DNA of 64,000 nucleotides from Fidelibacterota bacterium. GTDB taxonomy: Bacteria > Fidelibacterota > Marinisomatia > Marinisomatales > TCS55. The DNA lies in assembly GCA_018674655.1 (NCBI GenBank), contig JABGZQ010000064.1:9019-73018 (forward strand), written 5' to 3'. The translations under genes and the position numbers were made by a program. The notes below the pieces were generated by a model. That model had not been told where the DNA came from. It saw only the letters and a program-made list of their open reading frames with translations, and did not search any database. Shown here piece after piece: positions 54,758 through 64,000 of the stretch. The first letter of the stretch is position 1. The number at the start of each line of letters is the position of its first letter.

Positions 54758-54773
54758 TTTTAGCGTCCCAGAG

Positions 54774-55454
54774 ATGGGTGTGATAAAAAAATTATCTTTC
54801 ATTTTTATTCTGTCTGTTTCATTGGGACAATGGACATCCTTTCAAATGGATGAATTCACTTATTCTTCGAAAAAGTCCAACATGATGTTTAGAACCGCAG
54901 GATTTACTTCCACCCACAATTTTCCGATAGACATATCTAAAGACGATCGGATTGCGCTGGGATTATCCATGTTAAAAGGAATATCTGAAAATGGATTTCT
55001 GCCCATGATTAATGGGAAAATAAACGTATCGTGGAATTTATCCTTAAGAGGACGAATGGCAGCGTATTCCGCCGAAGAAGGAACGACTCAGGTTTTTGGA
55101 TGGGGGTTATCTTTAAAGCCGAGCAAAGATGAAGAATCATCAAAATGGGTCGTGAATCTAGATTCTGGAAAATTAAATTCAAACAACACAATAATCGTTT
55201 CAGCTATACAGGCAAGTATAAACCGCCAATTTGATTTACATATATTTCCGATCCATGCAGGTTTTGGTTTGAATATTTTAAATGCGAATTCAAAATTACT
55301 ATCAAGTAAGGAATATCAAGGGAAAAAAGAAATTCAAACGAATTATATTAATATCGGAACTAAAATCCCGATTTATGGTTTGAGTTTTATTCCACAAGTG
55401 TGGTTTGGATCAGAATACACCATGATATCTTTTAATATATCGAGTACATTTTAA
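54774..55454 (+). CDS. hypothetical secreted / outer-membrane-like protein
   Basis: The ORF opens at 54711. I place the start at ATG 54774 (MGVIKKLSFIFILSVSLGQ, a signal peptide). It is beta-rich and ends ISFNISSTF. Confidence 0.45.
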   Translation: MGVIKKLSFIFILSVSLGQWTSFQMDEFTYSSKKSNMMFRTAGFTSTHNFPIDISKDDRIALGLSMLKGISENGFLPMINGKINVSWNLSLRGRMAAYSAEEGTTQVFGWGLSLKPSKDEESSKWVVNLDSGKLNSNNTIIVSAIQASINRQFDLHIFPIHAGFGLNILNANSKLLSSKEYQGKKEIQTNYINIGTKIPIYGLSFIPQVWFGSEYTMISFNISSTF

Positions 55455-55456
55455 TA

Positions 55457-56614
55457 ATGAAAAAAATATCTATACTTGGTTCCACCGGATCGATTGGGGT
55501 GAATGCCTTGAACGTAATCGATCATTTGGGTGATGATTATATTGTGACAGCATTAAGTGCCAACAAGAATGGAAAAAGATTGATTGAACAAGCTAAAAAA
55601 TATCACCCCGCATCAATCGCAATTGTAGATAAAGATTCTGCACAATTTGTTAAAACTGAATTAAAAGAATCTGGAATTAAAATTTTTACTGGCCGAGAAG
55701 GTTTACTTGAAATGGCAGGTCGCAGCGATTTAGATATCATGCTAAATGGATTGGTTGGATCCTCAGGAATGGAACCAACCATGAAAGCAGTAAAATGTGG
55801 CGTTGATGTGGCGCTCAGTAATAAAGAAAGTTTGGTAATGGCTGGCGATCTTATTACACGAGAAAAGAAAAAAACAGGCGCCCATATTTACCCAATAGAT
55901 AGCGAACATTCCGCAATTTGGCAATGTCTTTCTGGTGAAACGATGAATGATGTAGAACGGATTATTCTTACGGGAAGTGGTGGCCCATTTCGGACACGAC
56001 CGTTAAATACCTTTAAAGATGTGACTACCGTAGATGCGCTGAATCATCCGAATTGGGAAATGGGGCAAAAAATAACGATTGATTCAGCGACCATGATGAA
56101 TAAAGGGTTAGAAGTCATTGAAGCGCGATGGTTGTTTGGATTGGAATCTGATAAAATAGATATTGTCATTCATCCTCAATCAATCATCCATTCAATGGTA
56201 GAATTCAAGGATAAGTCCGTCAAAGCACAACTGGGGGTACCAGATATGAAAATACCTATTCAGTTTGCGCTCACACATCCTCACCATGCGCCTGCAATGT
56301 GGGAGTCACTTGATCTTATAAAAATTGGATCGCTTTCTTTTGAAGCACCGGATTTAAAAAGATTTCCATGTATTGATTTGGCTTATAAGGCATTGAAAGA
56401 AGAGGGTACAACATCATCTGTATTAAATGTTGCTAACGAACAATCTGTTTATCGTTTTTTAAAAGGTGAAATCGGATTCATGGAAATTCCTGAAATTATT
56501 GAAAAAGCATGTGAAGCACATGAATGGATTTCTCACCCTTCTATCAACAATTTAGTTTATTTGGAAAATTGGACAATGGATTTTGTATCAACATTTAAAA
56601 GCCGGTACATTTAA
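55457..56614 (+). CDS. dxr: 1-deoxy-D-xylulose 5-phosphate reductoisomerase
   Basis: 385 aa. ILGSTGSIG, NKESLV, PIDSEHSAIWQCL, LTGSGGPFR, HPNWEMGQKITIDSATMMNKGLE. Confidence 0.95.
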   Translation: MKKISILGSTGSIGVNALNVIDHLGDDYIVTALSANKNGKRLIEQAKKYHPASIAIVDKDSAQFVKTELKESGIKIFTGREGLLEMAGRSDLDIMLNGLVGSSGMEPTMKAVKCGVDVALSNKESLVMAGDLITREKKKTGAHIYPIDSEHSAIWQCLSGETMNDVERIILTGSGGPFRTRPLNTFKDVTTVDALNHPNWEMGQKITIDSATMMNKGLEVIEARWLFGLESDKIDIVIHPQSIIHSMVEFKDKSVKAQLGVPDMKIPIQFALTHPHHAPAMWESLDLIKIGSLSFEAPDLKRFPCIDLAYKALKEEGTTSSVLNVANEQSVYRFLKGEIGFMEIPEIIEKACEAHEWISHPSINNLVYLENWTMDFVSTFKSRYI

Positions 56615-56656
56615 GCAAGAATTACTCATATTAAATTGAAGAAATAAGAAAAAATA

Positions 56657-57826
56657 ATGACCACTTTAATTGCCACAATCATTTTACTTGGTGTTTTAAT
56701 TTTTATTCATGAATTGGGCCATTACCTTGCGGCGCGCTCGATTGGCGTTCGAGTAGAGCGATTTTCTGTAGGGTATCCACCTCGTCTCATGACATTCACG
56801 TCTATTCCAGAGGGTTGGGAGTTCCGATTATTCTTTTATCGGAAAAACAAAGACGGAAAGTTGCTGTGGGGACCCATCAAGTCAACCACAATTTCTTCAC
56901 CCGGGCGAAAAGGTAGCGGAACAGAATATTGTTTTGCAGTTATTCCCTTTGGAGGTTATGTAAAAGTGGCCGGAGTGATAGATGAAAGTATGGATAAGAC
57001 TTTTGACCATAAACCCCATGAACTCATGAGTAAAGCCAAATGGAAACAAATATGGTTTATGAGTGCCGGGGTTATCATGAATACTTTATTGGCTTTTATA
57101 ATATTTACAGGACTGTCTAATTACATGGGGAAACCTGTCGTCTCTCAGGCGCCAATTATTAGTGAATTACTTCCGGGAATGCCGGCAGATATAGCTGGGT
57201 TGCAATCGGGAGATGTGATTAAAAGAATCGAAGGAGAAAAAATATCCTCTTGGGATGAACTAACAACTAAAATCCACAGACACCCAAACCAAAATATTGA
57301 TCTTCAATATACGAGAGAAAGAATATCAGAGTCGATTTCTTTAAAAACCAGCTATAGACTTGATACCGCTACAGGAGATACGATAGGTGTAATTGGCATT
57401 TACCCAGAATTTGAATATCAACCCGTTACTTATTCTGAAAGCATCAAAATGGGAATGGCTACCACGGCGAGAGGTTTTGGAATGATTATTCTTTCGATAC
57501 GGATGGTTAGCTCTGGGCAAGCATCTATCAAAGAATTTGGTGGGCCGATTATGATCGCTCAATTAGCCGGTGAAACAGCAAAAGCAGGGTGGATTCCCTT
57601 TTTATCCCTCATGGCACTTATCAGTTGTAACCTTGCTTTTATTAATGTTCTTCCTATCCCAGGGTTAGATGGTGGACATATTTTTCTAACTATAATTGAA
57701 GGGATCATTCGCCGACCGCTCTCTATGAAAATGCGAATGGTCATTCAACAAATAGGCATGGTCTTATTATTAATGTTGATGATTACGGTAATCGTGAATG
57801 ATGTGGGGCGGTTATTTGGAAATTAA
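56657..57826 (+). CDS. rseP: RIP site-2 metalloprotease RseP
   Basis: 389 aa. HELGHYLAAR zinc motif in TM1, a PDZ domain (PGMPADIAGLQSGDVI), and a C-terminal NVLPIPGLDGGH motif. Confidence 0.9.
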   Translation: MTTLIATIILLGVLIFIHELGHYLAARSIGVRVERFSVGYPPRLMTFTSIPEGWEFRLFFYRKNKDGKLLWGPIKSTTISSPGRKGSGTEYCFAVIPFGGYVKVAGVIDESMDKTFDHKPHELMSKAKWKQIWFMSAGVIMNTLLAFIIFTGLSNYMGKPVVSQAPIISELLPGMPADIAGLQSGDVIKRIEGEKISSWDELTTKIHRHPNQNIDLQYTRERISESISLKTSYRLDTATGDTIGVIGIYPEFEYQPVTYSESIKMGMATTARGFGMIILSIRMVSSGQASIKEFGGPIMIAQLAGETAKAGWIPFLSLMALISCNLAFINVLPIPGLDGGHIFLTIIEGIIRRPLSMKMRMVIQQIGMVLLLMLMITVIVNDVGRLFGN

Positions 57827-57839
57827 ATCCGTTGTTCGT

Positions 57840-58544
57840 TTAATTAATTTTTTTTAATAATAAAGTCATAGATCCAAATTTCATTTTAATTTGAATCTTC
57901 ACCGGTAACCGTCTGGCATCTTCACTAATCCATATTTGCATATCACCTTGGTTTTTAAATAAGTTTTTTCCTTTTTGGAAAGGGCGTATAACCTTGCATA
58001 CAAATGTTCCTACAGGTGAATTAATGATTTCTTTTCCGGTTATTTGTAAGTTGTAATTGACAATATTTTTTCCTTCAAAAGAAGTGAACGACATGATTTC
58101 TTTTTCTTTTAACTGAATTGTTCGTAAATAATAAAACATAGAAAAGGGATCCCGAGCGGTAAAATTAATTTTAACATCTTTGGTGTTTGTTCGAGCAACA
58201 CCTTCATCATAATCAAAGGTGATATCTACTGATTTACGATAGGAACCCTCTCGAATATTTTTCTTTAATCTGTGAGTATATAATTCTTTACTGTCCAGCC
58301 ATATGTCAATTTGATCGCGAATTTTAAATAATTGATTGGCCAATCCTTTTGTTTGAGCAGAAAAAGACACATGATAAGCATCGTTTCCCTGAATTTGTTC
58401 TATTCCAGACACATAAAGTTCTGCCTCTCCCACAGGAATCAAATTGAATTCAGCCGAATATTTTAAGGATTCTCCTGTTTTGAAAGGGACATCTTTTGCC
58501 AATGAAATAGATAGAATTAAAAGAATCGGTAAAAATATTTTCAA
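57840..58544 (-). CDS. DUF3108-like secreted protein
   Basis: 234 aa with a signal peptide. GESLKYSAEFNLIPVGEAELYV...AYHVSFSAQTKG matches the DUF3108 pattern as I remember it. The ATGA start overlaps the tsaC stop. Confidence 0.5.
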   Translation of the reverse strand: MKIFLPILLILSISLAKDVPFKTGESLKYSAEFNLIPVGEAELYVSGIEQIQGNDAYHVSFSAQTKGLANQLFKIRDQIDIWLDSKELYTHRLKKNIREGSYRKSVDITFDYDEGVARTNTKDVKINFTARDPFSMFYYLRTIQLKEKEIMSFTSFEGKNIVNYNLQITGKEIINSPVGTFVCKVIRPFQKGKNLFKNQGDMQIWISEDARRLPVKIQIKMKFGSMTLLLKKIN

Positions 58545-59128
58545 GGTCGAATCACTTTCAATTTTGATTTTTCTAATTTATAAATTGTTGATCCCGTAGA
58601 TTGAGGGAGTTCCCCATCGTCAATCAGCAAATCAAACTCACCATCAAACTCGGAAATGATTTCATCTGGATTGTTAAATGGGGGCTGTCCTGATCGATTG
58701 ACTGAAGTTGTTGTTATTGGGAAGCCCAGCTTATCACACAGGTTTGGACCAAAGGGGTGCGCAGGGATTCGAATCCCCAATGTACCATCTTTTCCCATTA
58801 TGGAAGGGTGAACAATATCTTTTTTTACGGGCAAAATAATTGTAGTAGAACCACGTAAATACTTTTTCACCATTTCCCAATCTTCATAGGAGATGTCAGT
58901 CCAAGAAAGAACAGTGCTGACATTTGGTGCGATGACACTAATAGGTACTGTTCGTCCTTTAATTTTATTAAGACGTTTAATCGCAGAATCATTGCGAGCA
59001 TCTACGCCAAATCCGTATAGAGTGTCGGTTGGATATACAATAATCCCACCATACAGAATGGCATTCCCGGCAACTTGAAGTGCAAGTTCTGAATTTATGT
59101 TAATTCGATCTGTTGATTTTTGGCTCAT
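58541..59128 (-). CDS. tsaC: L-threonylcarbamoyladenylate synthase (TsaC/YrdC family)
   Basis: GGIIVYPTDTLYGFGVDA, GLRIPAHP and TSVNRSGQPP motifs. The ORF opens at 59164. I prefer the ATG at 59128, which forms an ATGA overlap with the upstream acyltransferase stop. Confidence 0.85.
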   Translation of the reverse strand: MSQKSTDRININSELALQVAGNAILYGGIIVYPTDTLYGFGVDARNDSAIKRLNKIKGRTVPISVIAPNVSTVLSWTDISYEDWEMVKKYLRGSTTIILPVKKDIVHPSIMGKDGTLGIRIPAHPFGPNLCDKLGFPITTTSVNRSGQPPFNNPDEIISEFDGEFDLLIDDGELPQSTGSTIYKLEKSKLKVIRP

Positions 59129-59985
59129 TGTTTTTTTCTCGTTTTCCATTTTCGATGGAACCAAAAATAATGATCTGGATATTCTCTTATTTTATCTTCA
59201 AGCATTGTCGTATAGGTTTGTGTAATCGTTTCTATGGACGCGCTACCATTCAATTCAATTTTATCAAACGAAATAACAACGGTGCCGTCTTTTTCTTTAT
59301 GGGCGAGAGAAAAAACCATGGGTGCACCAGATTGTATATGGAAACGGGCGGAGCCCTTTGGTGTAGAAGATGGTTGACCAAAAAAATTCACGAAAACTCC
59401 CCGCTTTTTGGCATCTTGATCGCTAGCAAGAATAAGCATTTTATTTTCTTTAAGTAATGCATACATATTTTCTATTGAGGACTTTCGATACAAATGTTTC
59501 ATGCCATAAGATTCCCGAAGTTCCTTAACAAATAAATCTGCACCTCGGTTCCCTTGGCGCTGAATGATTCCCCAAACTGGGTATCCGTTTTTACCCAACC
59601 ATGACCCTAATATTTCCCACAATCCAAAATGACCAGTAATAATTAGAACACCCTTTCCTTGTTGGGCAGCATCATCAACAATATGTTGATTTTCTACACG
59701 GAAATTAAGAGACTCGTATGATTTCGGGAGTGCCAAGAACTCCATGAAATTTGTACTGACTAAACGATAAGATCCTTTCAAAACATTGTTAACCCAAGCC
59801 ATATTTTTATTGGGGAATGCTATTTTTATATTTTGAATTGCTTGATTTTTTCGAATTGGAATTCGATTATAAACAAATGCACCCAGTTTATTAGAAAAAC
59901 GTGATCGACTTGAATTCGGCAATCGTCGAAGACGCCGAGAAATCACATGTAATAGTCGATATGTGAATTGTTCTTTGAGATTCAT
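59125..59985 (-). CDS. lipid A biosynthesis (LpxL/HtrB-family) lysophospholipid acyltransferase
   Basis: 286 aa. ITGHFGLWE (HX4E catalytic motif), ASDQDA, and C-terminal EYPDHYFWFHRKWK, typical of the family. Confidence 0.78.
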   Translation of the reverse strand: MNLKEQFTYRLLHVISRRLRRLPNSSRSRFSNKLGAFVYNRIPIRKNQAIQNIKIAFPNKNMAWVNNVLKGSYRLVSTNFMEFLALPKSYESLNFRVENQHIVDDAAQQGKGVLIITGHFGLWEILGSWLGKNGYPVWGIIQRQGNRGADLFVKELRESYGMKHLYRKSSIENMYALLKENKMLILASDQDAKKRGVFVNFFGQPSSTPKGSARFHIQSGAPMVFSLAHKEKDGTVVISFDKIELNGSASIETITQTYTTMLEDKIREYPDHYFWFHRKWKTRKKQ

Positions 59986-60084
59986 AACTGTTTTTTTTAC
60001 TTCTATCCCTTAGCAGGTGAAATTACCTATAAATTTGTGTTACCATCATTGTTTTTATCGAAGATAACGGCTAAACTTAGGTGA

Positions 60085-61440
60085 ATGAAGAACCGCATAT
60101 TATTCACTCTAATGTTCATCGCATCCCTCGGGCAGGCCCAAGTTGTCTATAAAGTACCGATTCATGATACCATTGATTTAGGTCTTCCTCCCTTTATTGA
60201 ACGCAGTATCCAGATGGCAGAAGCGGATAGTGCGGCCGCAATTATATTTGATATTGACACGTTTGGGGGGCGTTTGGATGCAGCCACCCAAATAAAAGAT
60301 GCGATTCTCAGCGCTAAAATTCCAACAATTGCATTTATTAATCGTCGGGCCATTTCTGCCGGTGCGTTAATTTCATTATCTTGTGAAAAAATATTTATGA
60401 CAAGTGGTGCAACCATTGGTGCGGCTACAGCTGTAGATATGTCAGGAAAAAAAGGAAGTGAAAAAGTTATTAGTTATATGCGGGAAGAAATGGCTGCTAC
60501 CGCAGAAAGCCGGAACCGGAACGTGGATATTGCGAAAGGTATGGTGGATGAAGAATTATCATTTACTCATTTAATGATAGATGGTGATTCGATTGAAGTT
60601 CAAGATTTGGAAGGCCGTAAAGAAGGGAAACTAATTACACTCACCACAGAACTATCTTTGAAATACAAAATCGCGAATGAAGAACAAGAAACATTTGATG
60701 AATTGCTGATTTCACTTGGTCTAGAAGGCGCAAAAATTATTAGTACGGATGAAAACTGGTCAGAAGCTTTTGTTCGTTTTTTAACCAATCCGGTTGTGGC
60801 ATCTTTACTAACGACATTTGGATTCCTTGGAATATTATTTGAACTCCAAAGTCCAGGTTGGGGCATACCCGGATCTTTTGGATTGGTTTGTTTAGCGTTA
60901 TCACTAGGCGCATCTTTCATTGCGCGATTGGCCACCATGACTGATATATTGATCATTTTGGCCGGCGTGGCGCTACTTATATTAGAAATTATTGTCATTC
61001 CCGGCTTTGGAGTGGCGGGGATTGGTGGAATTGTCCTCATTTTATGGGGATTATATGAGTTGCTATTGCCTGACATACCGATTGGTCCAGAAGTTGAAGC
61101 AATGGCCCTGTGGGGACTTATTATCGGAATTATAGGCGCACTGATTGGATTGGTCTTATTGTTTAAAATGATGACCAAAACAACATTTTGGCAAAAGCTC
61201 ACTTCCCCTGGGGTAGAAGGTGCCGAGGCTGGCTATAGTACATCAGTGGGTTGGGAAAATTTGGTTGGGAGGGAAGGTGAATCCCAATCGGATCTACGCC
61301 CTTCTGGATGGGTCAACGTAGACGGACAGCGCGTTTTTGTTGTCAGTGAAGGCGATTTCATTGAAAAGAATTGTAAAGTTAAAGTCCTCTCGGTTGATGG
61401 AAACCGTGTGGTAGTAAGAAAACTGAACTCAAAGGAGTAA
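60085..61440 (+). CDS. nfeD: NfeD-family membrane-bound ClpP-class serine protease
   Basis: 451 aa with a signal peptide, a ClpP-like domain (FDIDTFGGRLDAA...RAISAGALISL), central TM helices and a C-terminal NfeD OB domain (GWVNVDGQRVFVVSEGDFI). It lies directly upstream of floA. Confidence 0.8.
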   Translation: MKNRILFTLMFIASLGQAQVVYKVPIHDTIDLGLPPFIERSIQMAEADSAAAIIFDIDTFGGRLDAATQIKDAILSAKIPTIAFINRRAISAGALISLSCEKIFMTSGATIGAATAVDMSGKKGSEKVISYMREEMAATAESRNRNVDIAKGMVDEELSFTHLMIDGDSIEVQDLEGRKEGKLITLTTELSLKYKIANEEQETFDELLISLGLEGAKIISTDENWSEAFVRFLTNPVVASLLTTFGFLGILFELQSPGWGIPGSFGLVCLALSLGASFIARLATMTDILIILAGVALLILEIIVIPGFGVAGIGGIVLILWGLYELLLPDIPIGPEVEAMALWGLIIGIIGALIGLVLLFKMMTKTTFWQKLTSPGVEGAEAGYSTSVGWENLVGREGESQSDLRPSGWVNVDGQRVFVVSEGDFIEKNCKVKVLSVDGNRVVVRKLNSKE

Positions 61441-61443
61441 ATC

Positions 61444-62457
61444 ATGGATGTTATGGGAATTATCATGTTGGCATTTTTGCTAATTTTTGTTTTTCTATTA
61501 TTTTATTTTGTTCCGGTTGGCATGTGGATTCAAGGGATGGTCAGTCTTGGTCTTGGCCGAATTACCATTATTGATCTGATCCGTATGCGATTGCGAAAAA
61601 TTTCACCGCGCCTCATCGTGGATGGTGTGATCAATACACACAAAGCAGGTTTAGTTAGTATAAAAACAGACATGCTGGAAACACATTATTTGGCCGGGGG
61701 TAATGTGGTCAATGTCGTTTTTGCTTTAATCGCATCCGACAAAGCCAATATCCCATTGACGTTCGAAACGGCTACGGCAATTGACCTAGCAGGACGTGAC
61801 GTAAAGACAGCCGTGGAAACCAGTGTTTATCCCAAGGTGATTGATGCTCCTCGAGACGGGTTTCTATCGGCTGTGGCTAAGGATGGTATAGAATTGAAGG
61901 CCCGTGCCCGGGTAACGGTGCGGACAAACATCCCCGGCTTGGTTGGTGGTGCCACTGATGATACCATTATTGCCCGTGTTGGTGAAGGAATTGTAAGCGC
62001 CATTGGTTCATCTACCAATTACGGTGGTGTGTTGGAAAACCCTGATAATATTTCCCGCGCCGTTTTGGAAAAGGGACTTGATGCCGGTACTGCTTTTGAA
62101 ATATTATCTATTGATATTGCTGATCTGGATGTAGGTAAAAATGTAGGCGCCCAGCTTCAGGCAGACCAGGCCGAAGCAGACCTTCGTGTTGCCCAGGCAA
62201 GGGCCGAAACACGTCGTGCCATGGCTGTTGCAGAAGAGCAGGAAATGAAAGCCCGAACGCAAGAAATGCAAGCCAAAGTTGTTGCATCAGAAGCTGAGGT
62301 GCCCTTAGCCATGGCTCAGGCATTTCGTGAAGGGAAACTGGGTGTATTCGATTATGTGAATATGAGAAATATTCAAGCTGATACGGATATGCGTGAATCA
62401 ATTTCTGGTGGTTCAGAAAGTAGTTCAACTCAAGCGCCAGAGCGAGATAACGACTAA
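61444..62457 (+). CDS. floA: flotillin-like protein FloA (SPFH domain, UPF0365/YqfA)
   Basis: 337 aa, near-collinear with B. subtilis YqfA as I remember it: [75 protein letters not shown]. Confidence 0.92.
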   Translation: MDVMGIIMLAFLLIFVFLLFYFVPVGMWIQGMVSLGLGRITIIDLIRMRLRKISPRLIVDGVINTHKAGLVSIKTDMLETHYLAGGNVVNVVFALIASDKANIPLTFETATAIDLAGRDVKTAVETSVYPKVIDAPRDGFLSAVAKDGIELKARARVTVRTNIPGLVGGATDDTIIARVGEGIVSAIGSSTNYGGVLENPDNISRAVLEKGLDAGTAFEILSIDIADLDVGKNVGAQLQADQAEADLRVAQARAETRRAMAVAEEQEMKARTQEMQAKVVASEAEVPLAMAQAFREGKLGVFDYVNMRNIQADTDMRESISGGSESSSTQAPERDND

Positions 62458-62925
62458 ATGGAAGGATTAGGTTACTGGGTTTTTTTGGCGATAATGTACC
62501 TGCTGTCTGCGTTTTTGAAAAAACGCAAGCAGCAGGATACCCGCCATCAAGAAGAACATGAGGAATTAGACCCCCAAACCCCATTTAAATCTGGTTTTCT
62601 ACAAGATTTGTTTGGGGATATGAAGGAGTTTGTCAATGAAGCGCAGGAAGATGTTTCAGAAAAATTCGACGTTAATGAAATCAATGAAGTAGTCGTAGAG
62701 CCTGACCCTGTCCAGATTCCAGTGGAACAGGATCACGTCGTGTTTGAAGATTTGTCTAACCCAGATTCGGAACCGATTCACAAAGAATTTCAATTTTGGA
62801 AAGAACCAAAACAAAATAAACATTCTTTTATTCCGCAATTAAAAAGTATGGATGACTTGAAACGGGGAATTGTGATGAAAGAAATTATAGACAAACCTCG
62901 AGCCTTAAGGCGGGCGATCCGATAG
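62458..62925 (+). CDS. hypothetical single-pass membrane protein with an acidic cytoplasmic region
   Basis: 155 aa with an N-terminal TM helix (WVFLAIMYLLSAFL), an E/D-rich middle and a basic C-terminus (KEIIDKPRALRRAIR). The start abuts the floA stop, making it the third gene of the nfeD-floA unit. Confidence 0.5.
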   Translation: MEGLGYWVFLAIMYLLSAFLKKRKQQDTRHQEEHEELDPQTPFKSGFLQDLFGDMKEFVNEAQEDVSEKFDVNEINEVVVEPDPVQIPVEQDHVVFEDLSNPDSEPIHKEFQFWKEPKQNKHSFIPQLKSMDDLKRGIVMKEIIDKPRALRRAIR

Positions 62926-62950
62926 GCTGAGATCATTTATTAAACTTTAA

Positions 62951-62995
62951 AAAAGGCAACCCAACCATTATGACTAAAAATGGTTTAGGCCTTTT
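62951..62995. terminator. bidirectional terminator hairpin between convergent genes
   Basis: AAAAGGC...AACCATT (62951-62969) pairs with AATGGTT...GCCTTTT (62979-62995). U-runs are present on both strands. Confidence 0.6.
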
Positions 62996-63030
62996 GGATC
63001 TTATATATTTAAATAAGTCAGAAAAATATA

Positions 63031-63624
63031 TTAGATCAAATTATTGATGAGAGATTCAACCCGTTTTTTGAGTTCACCCTCTGTGTTGTCATTATGAATG
63101 ACAAAATCAGCCATATTTACCTTCTCTTCTTCCGGCCATTGGAATTCAACGCGTTTTAATATTTCTTCACGAGAGAGTGTTTCTCGGCTTAAGGCGCGTT
63201 CCATTCGATTTTTCAAATGGGCTGTCACAACAATGACATAATCCAAATGAGCATCAAATCCGGTTTCATAAATCAAGGCAGCATCAACAATAAAAACGCC
63301 ATGCTTTTTATGATTGAATACACGATTAAATTCTTTATCAATGAGTTCAAATATATATGGATGAACAACCGAATTCAATCTTTGCTGGTGATCTTCATCT
63401 TGGAATGCCACCCGGGCCAATTTTTTTTTATCCATCCTTCCTGTGCCATCAATAATATCGGTCCCGAATTCTGAAATAAGTTCATGTTGAACAATTTCAT
63501 TTGTTGTAATTAAAACTTTAGCTTCCTTGTCAGCATCCAAAACAAAGGCACCTAGTGATTCAAAATACCGGCTGGCGGTACTTTTCCCACTACCAATTCC
63601 TCCTGTGAGGCCCACTTTTAACAC
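63031..63624 (-). CDS. coaE: dephospho-CoA kinase
   Basis: 197 aa. VGLTGGIGSGKST P-loop, DADKEA, HPYI. Confidence 0.9.
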   Translation of the reverse strand: MLKVGLTGGIGSGKSTASRYFESLGAFVLDADKEAKVLITTNEIVQHELISEFGTDIIDGTGRMDKKKLARVAFQDEDHQQRLNSVVHPYIFELIDKEFNRVFNHKKHGVFIVDAALIYETGFDAHLDYVIVVTAHLKNRMERALSRETLSREEILKRVEFQWPEEEKVNMADFVIHNDNTEGELKKRVESLINNLI

Positions 63625-63625
63625 T

Positions 63626-64000
63626 TTAATTTAAAACCTTCAAAATTCGTTCTGTGATTTCAGGAATATCCCCAATACCGTTGACCTCTTTCAATAAGTT
63701 TTTTTCACGATAAAAATCCAATAAAGGTGCCGTTTGTTCCCAATAAACTTTTTGCCGTTGCCGGATTATCTCAGGGGTATCATCGCTACGTCCGGATTCT
63801 TTTCCTCGGTTGATTAATCGTTGTACCAACTCATTTTCATCAGCATTCAAACTTAGAGCGCAATCCAACGAATGGGATATATTGTTCATTATATTGTCCA
63901 ATCCATTTGCTTGAGGGATAGTACGAGGGAAACCATCTAAAAGGTATCCACTCTGTACATCATCTTTTTTTAACCTGTTATTCATCATCCCCAATAATAC
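63626..64000 (-). CDS. adk: adenylate kinase; N-terminus lies beyond the right edge of the window
   Basis: GYLLDGFPRTIPQA, GRSDD (short LID-type segment) and VYWEQTAPLLDFYR motifs. The frame is open to nt 64000, so the track ORF start at 63994 is an internal Met. Confidence 0.88.
   Translation of the reverse strand, partial: VLLGMMNNRLKKDDVQSGYLLDGFPRTIPQANGLDNIMNNISHSLDCALSLNADENELVQRLINRGKESGRSDDTPEIIRQRQKVYWEQTAPLLDFYREKNLLKEVNGIGDIPEITERILKVLN

Noticed and set aside
60600-61202. 200-aa ORF antisense to nfeD
   Set aside because: It lies entirely inside the well-supported nfeD CDS on the opposite strand. The translation is low-complexity (P/S/I/N-rich) with no motifs. This is typical of a shadow ORF opposite a TM-rich gene.
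62108-62584. 158-aa ORF antisense to the floA 3' end
   Set aside because: This is a shadow ORF opposite the Ala/Glu-rich coiled-coil part of FloA, which keeps the antisense frame open. It has no recognisable motifs.
1-64000. CRISPR arrays, transposons/IS elements, prophage, toxin-antitoxin or known defence systems
   Set aside because: Coding density is high. All gaps are 430 nt or shorter. I saw no spaced direct repeats, no terminal inverted repeats flanking a transposase-like ORF, and no nuclease, integrase or RT-like ORFs. This was visual inspection only, and a repeat-finder was not run.

Overview
This is a chromosomal, mostly housekeeping segment of an AT-rich (by eye) diderm bacterium. 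I support about 66 protein genes and one tRNA-Gln(UUG). I found no rRNA, CRISPR array, transposase, integrase or phage genes. The LpxC-FabZ fusion, rpsF-rpsR-rplI without ssb, a DUF3108 protein, a planctomycete-type cytochrome c domain, a type II glutamine synthetase and a K+-dependent-type membrane pyrophosphatase suggest an FCB-superphylum-like, possibly marine lineage. Taxonomy cannot be assigned from the sequence alone.

Blocks from left to right:
- FG-GAP lipoprotein (edge-truncated), ychF, fabA and an SDR, then transporters.
- uvrA, a long transketolase-like gene, ruvB-queA, ispD-ispF-ispE, tRNA-Gln, prs-rplY-pth, hppA, rpsF-rpsR-rplI.
- LTA-synthase-like gene, priA.
- Nitrogen block: lrp, gltB, porin, amt, P-II, glnII.
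- Accessory-looking stretch: cytochrome c / copper monooxygenase-like lipoprotein, lipase, csaA, marR, mutY, plsC, thioredoxin-like gene, ferredoxin plus FGGY kinase.
- fdxA, then a cysteine-free Mrp, a polytopic membrane protein and a zinc-ribbon membrane protein.
- Outer-membrane biogenesis supercluster: uppS-bamA-skp-lpxD-lpxC/fabZ-lpxA ... dxr-rseP.
- lpxL-like, tsaC, DUF3108; nfeD-floA operon; coaE-adk (edge-truncated).

Most unusual observations:
1. An Mrp/ApbC-type ATPase with no cysteine at all, translationally coupled to a membrane protein and a 4xCxxC zinc-ribbon membrane protein.
2. A lipoprotein fusing a CxxCH cytochrome c domain to a PHM/DBH-like two-copper monooxygenase ligand pattern.
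3. lpxA, whose conserved N-terminal 111 codons have no ATG/GTG/TTG start but have an AGGAG-N9-ATC arrangement.
4. A terminator-like hairpin lying between any possible promoter and the gltB start codon.
5. A 773-aa divergent transketolase-like enzyme.

All functional calls come from motif recognition by eye. No database search was run.
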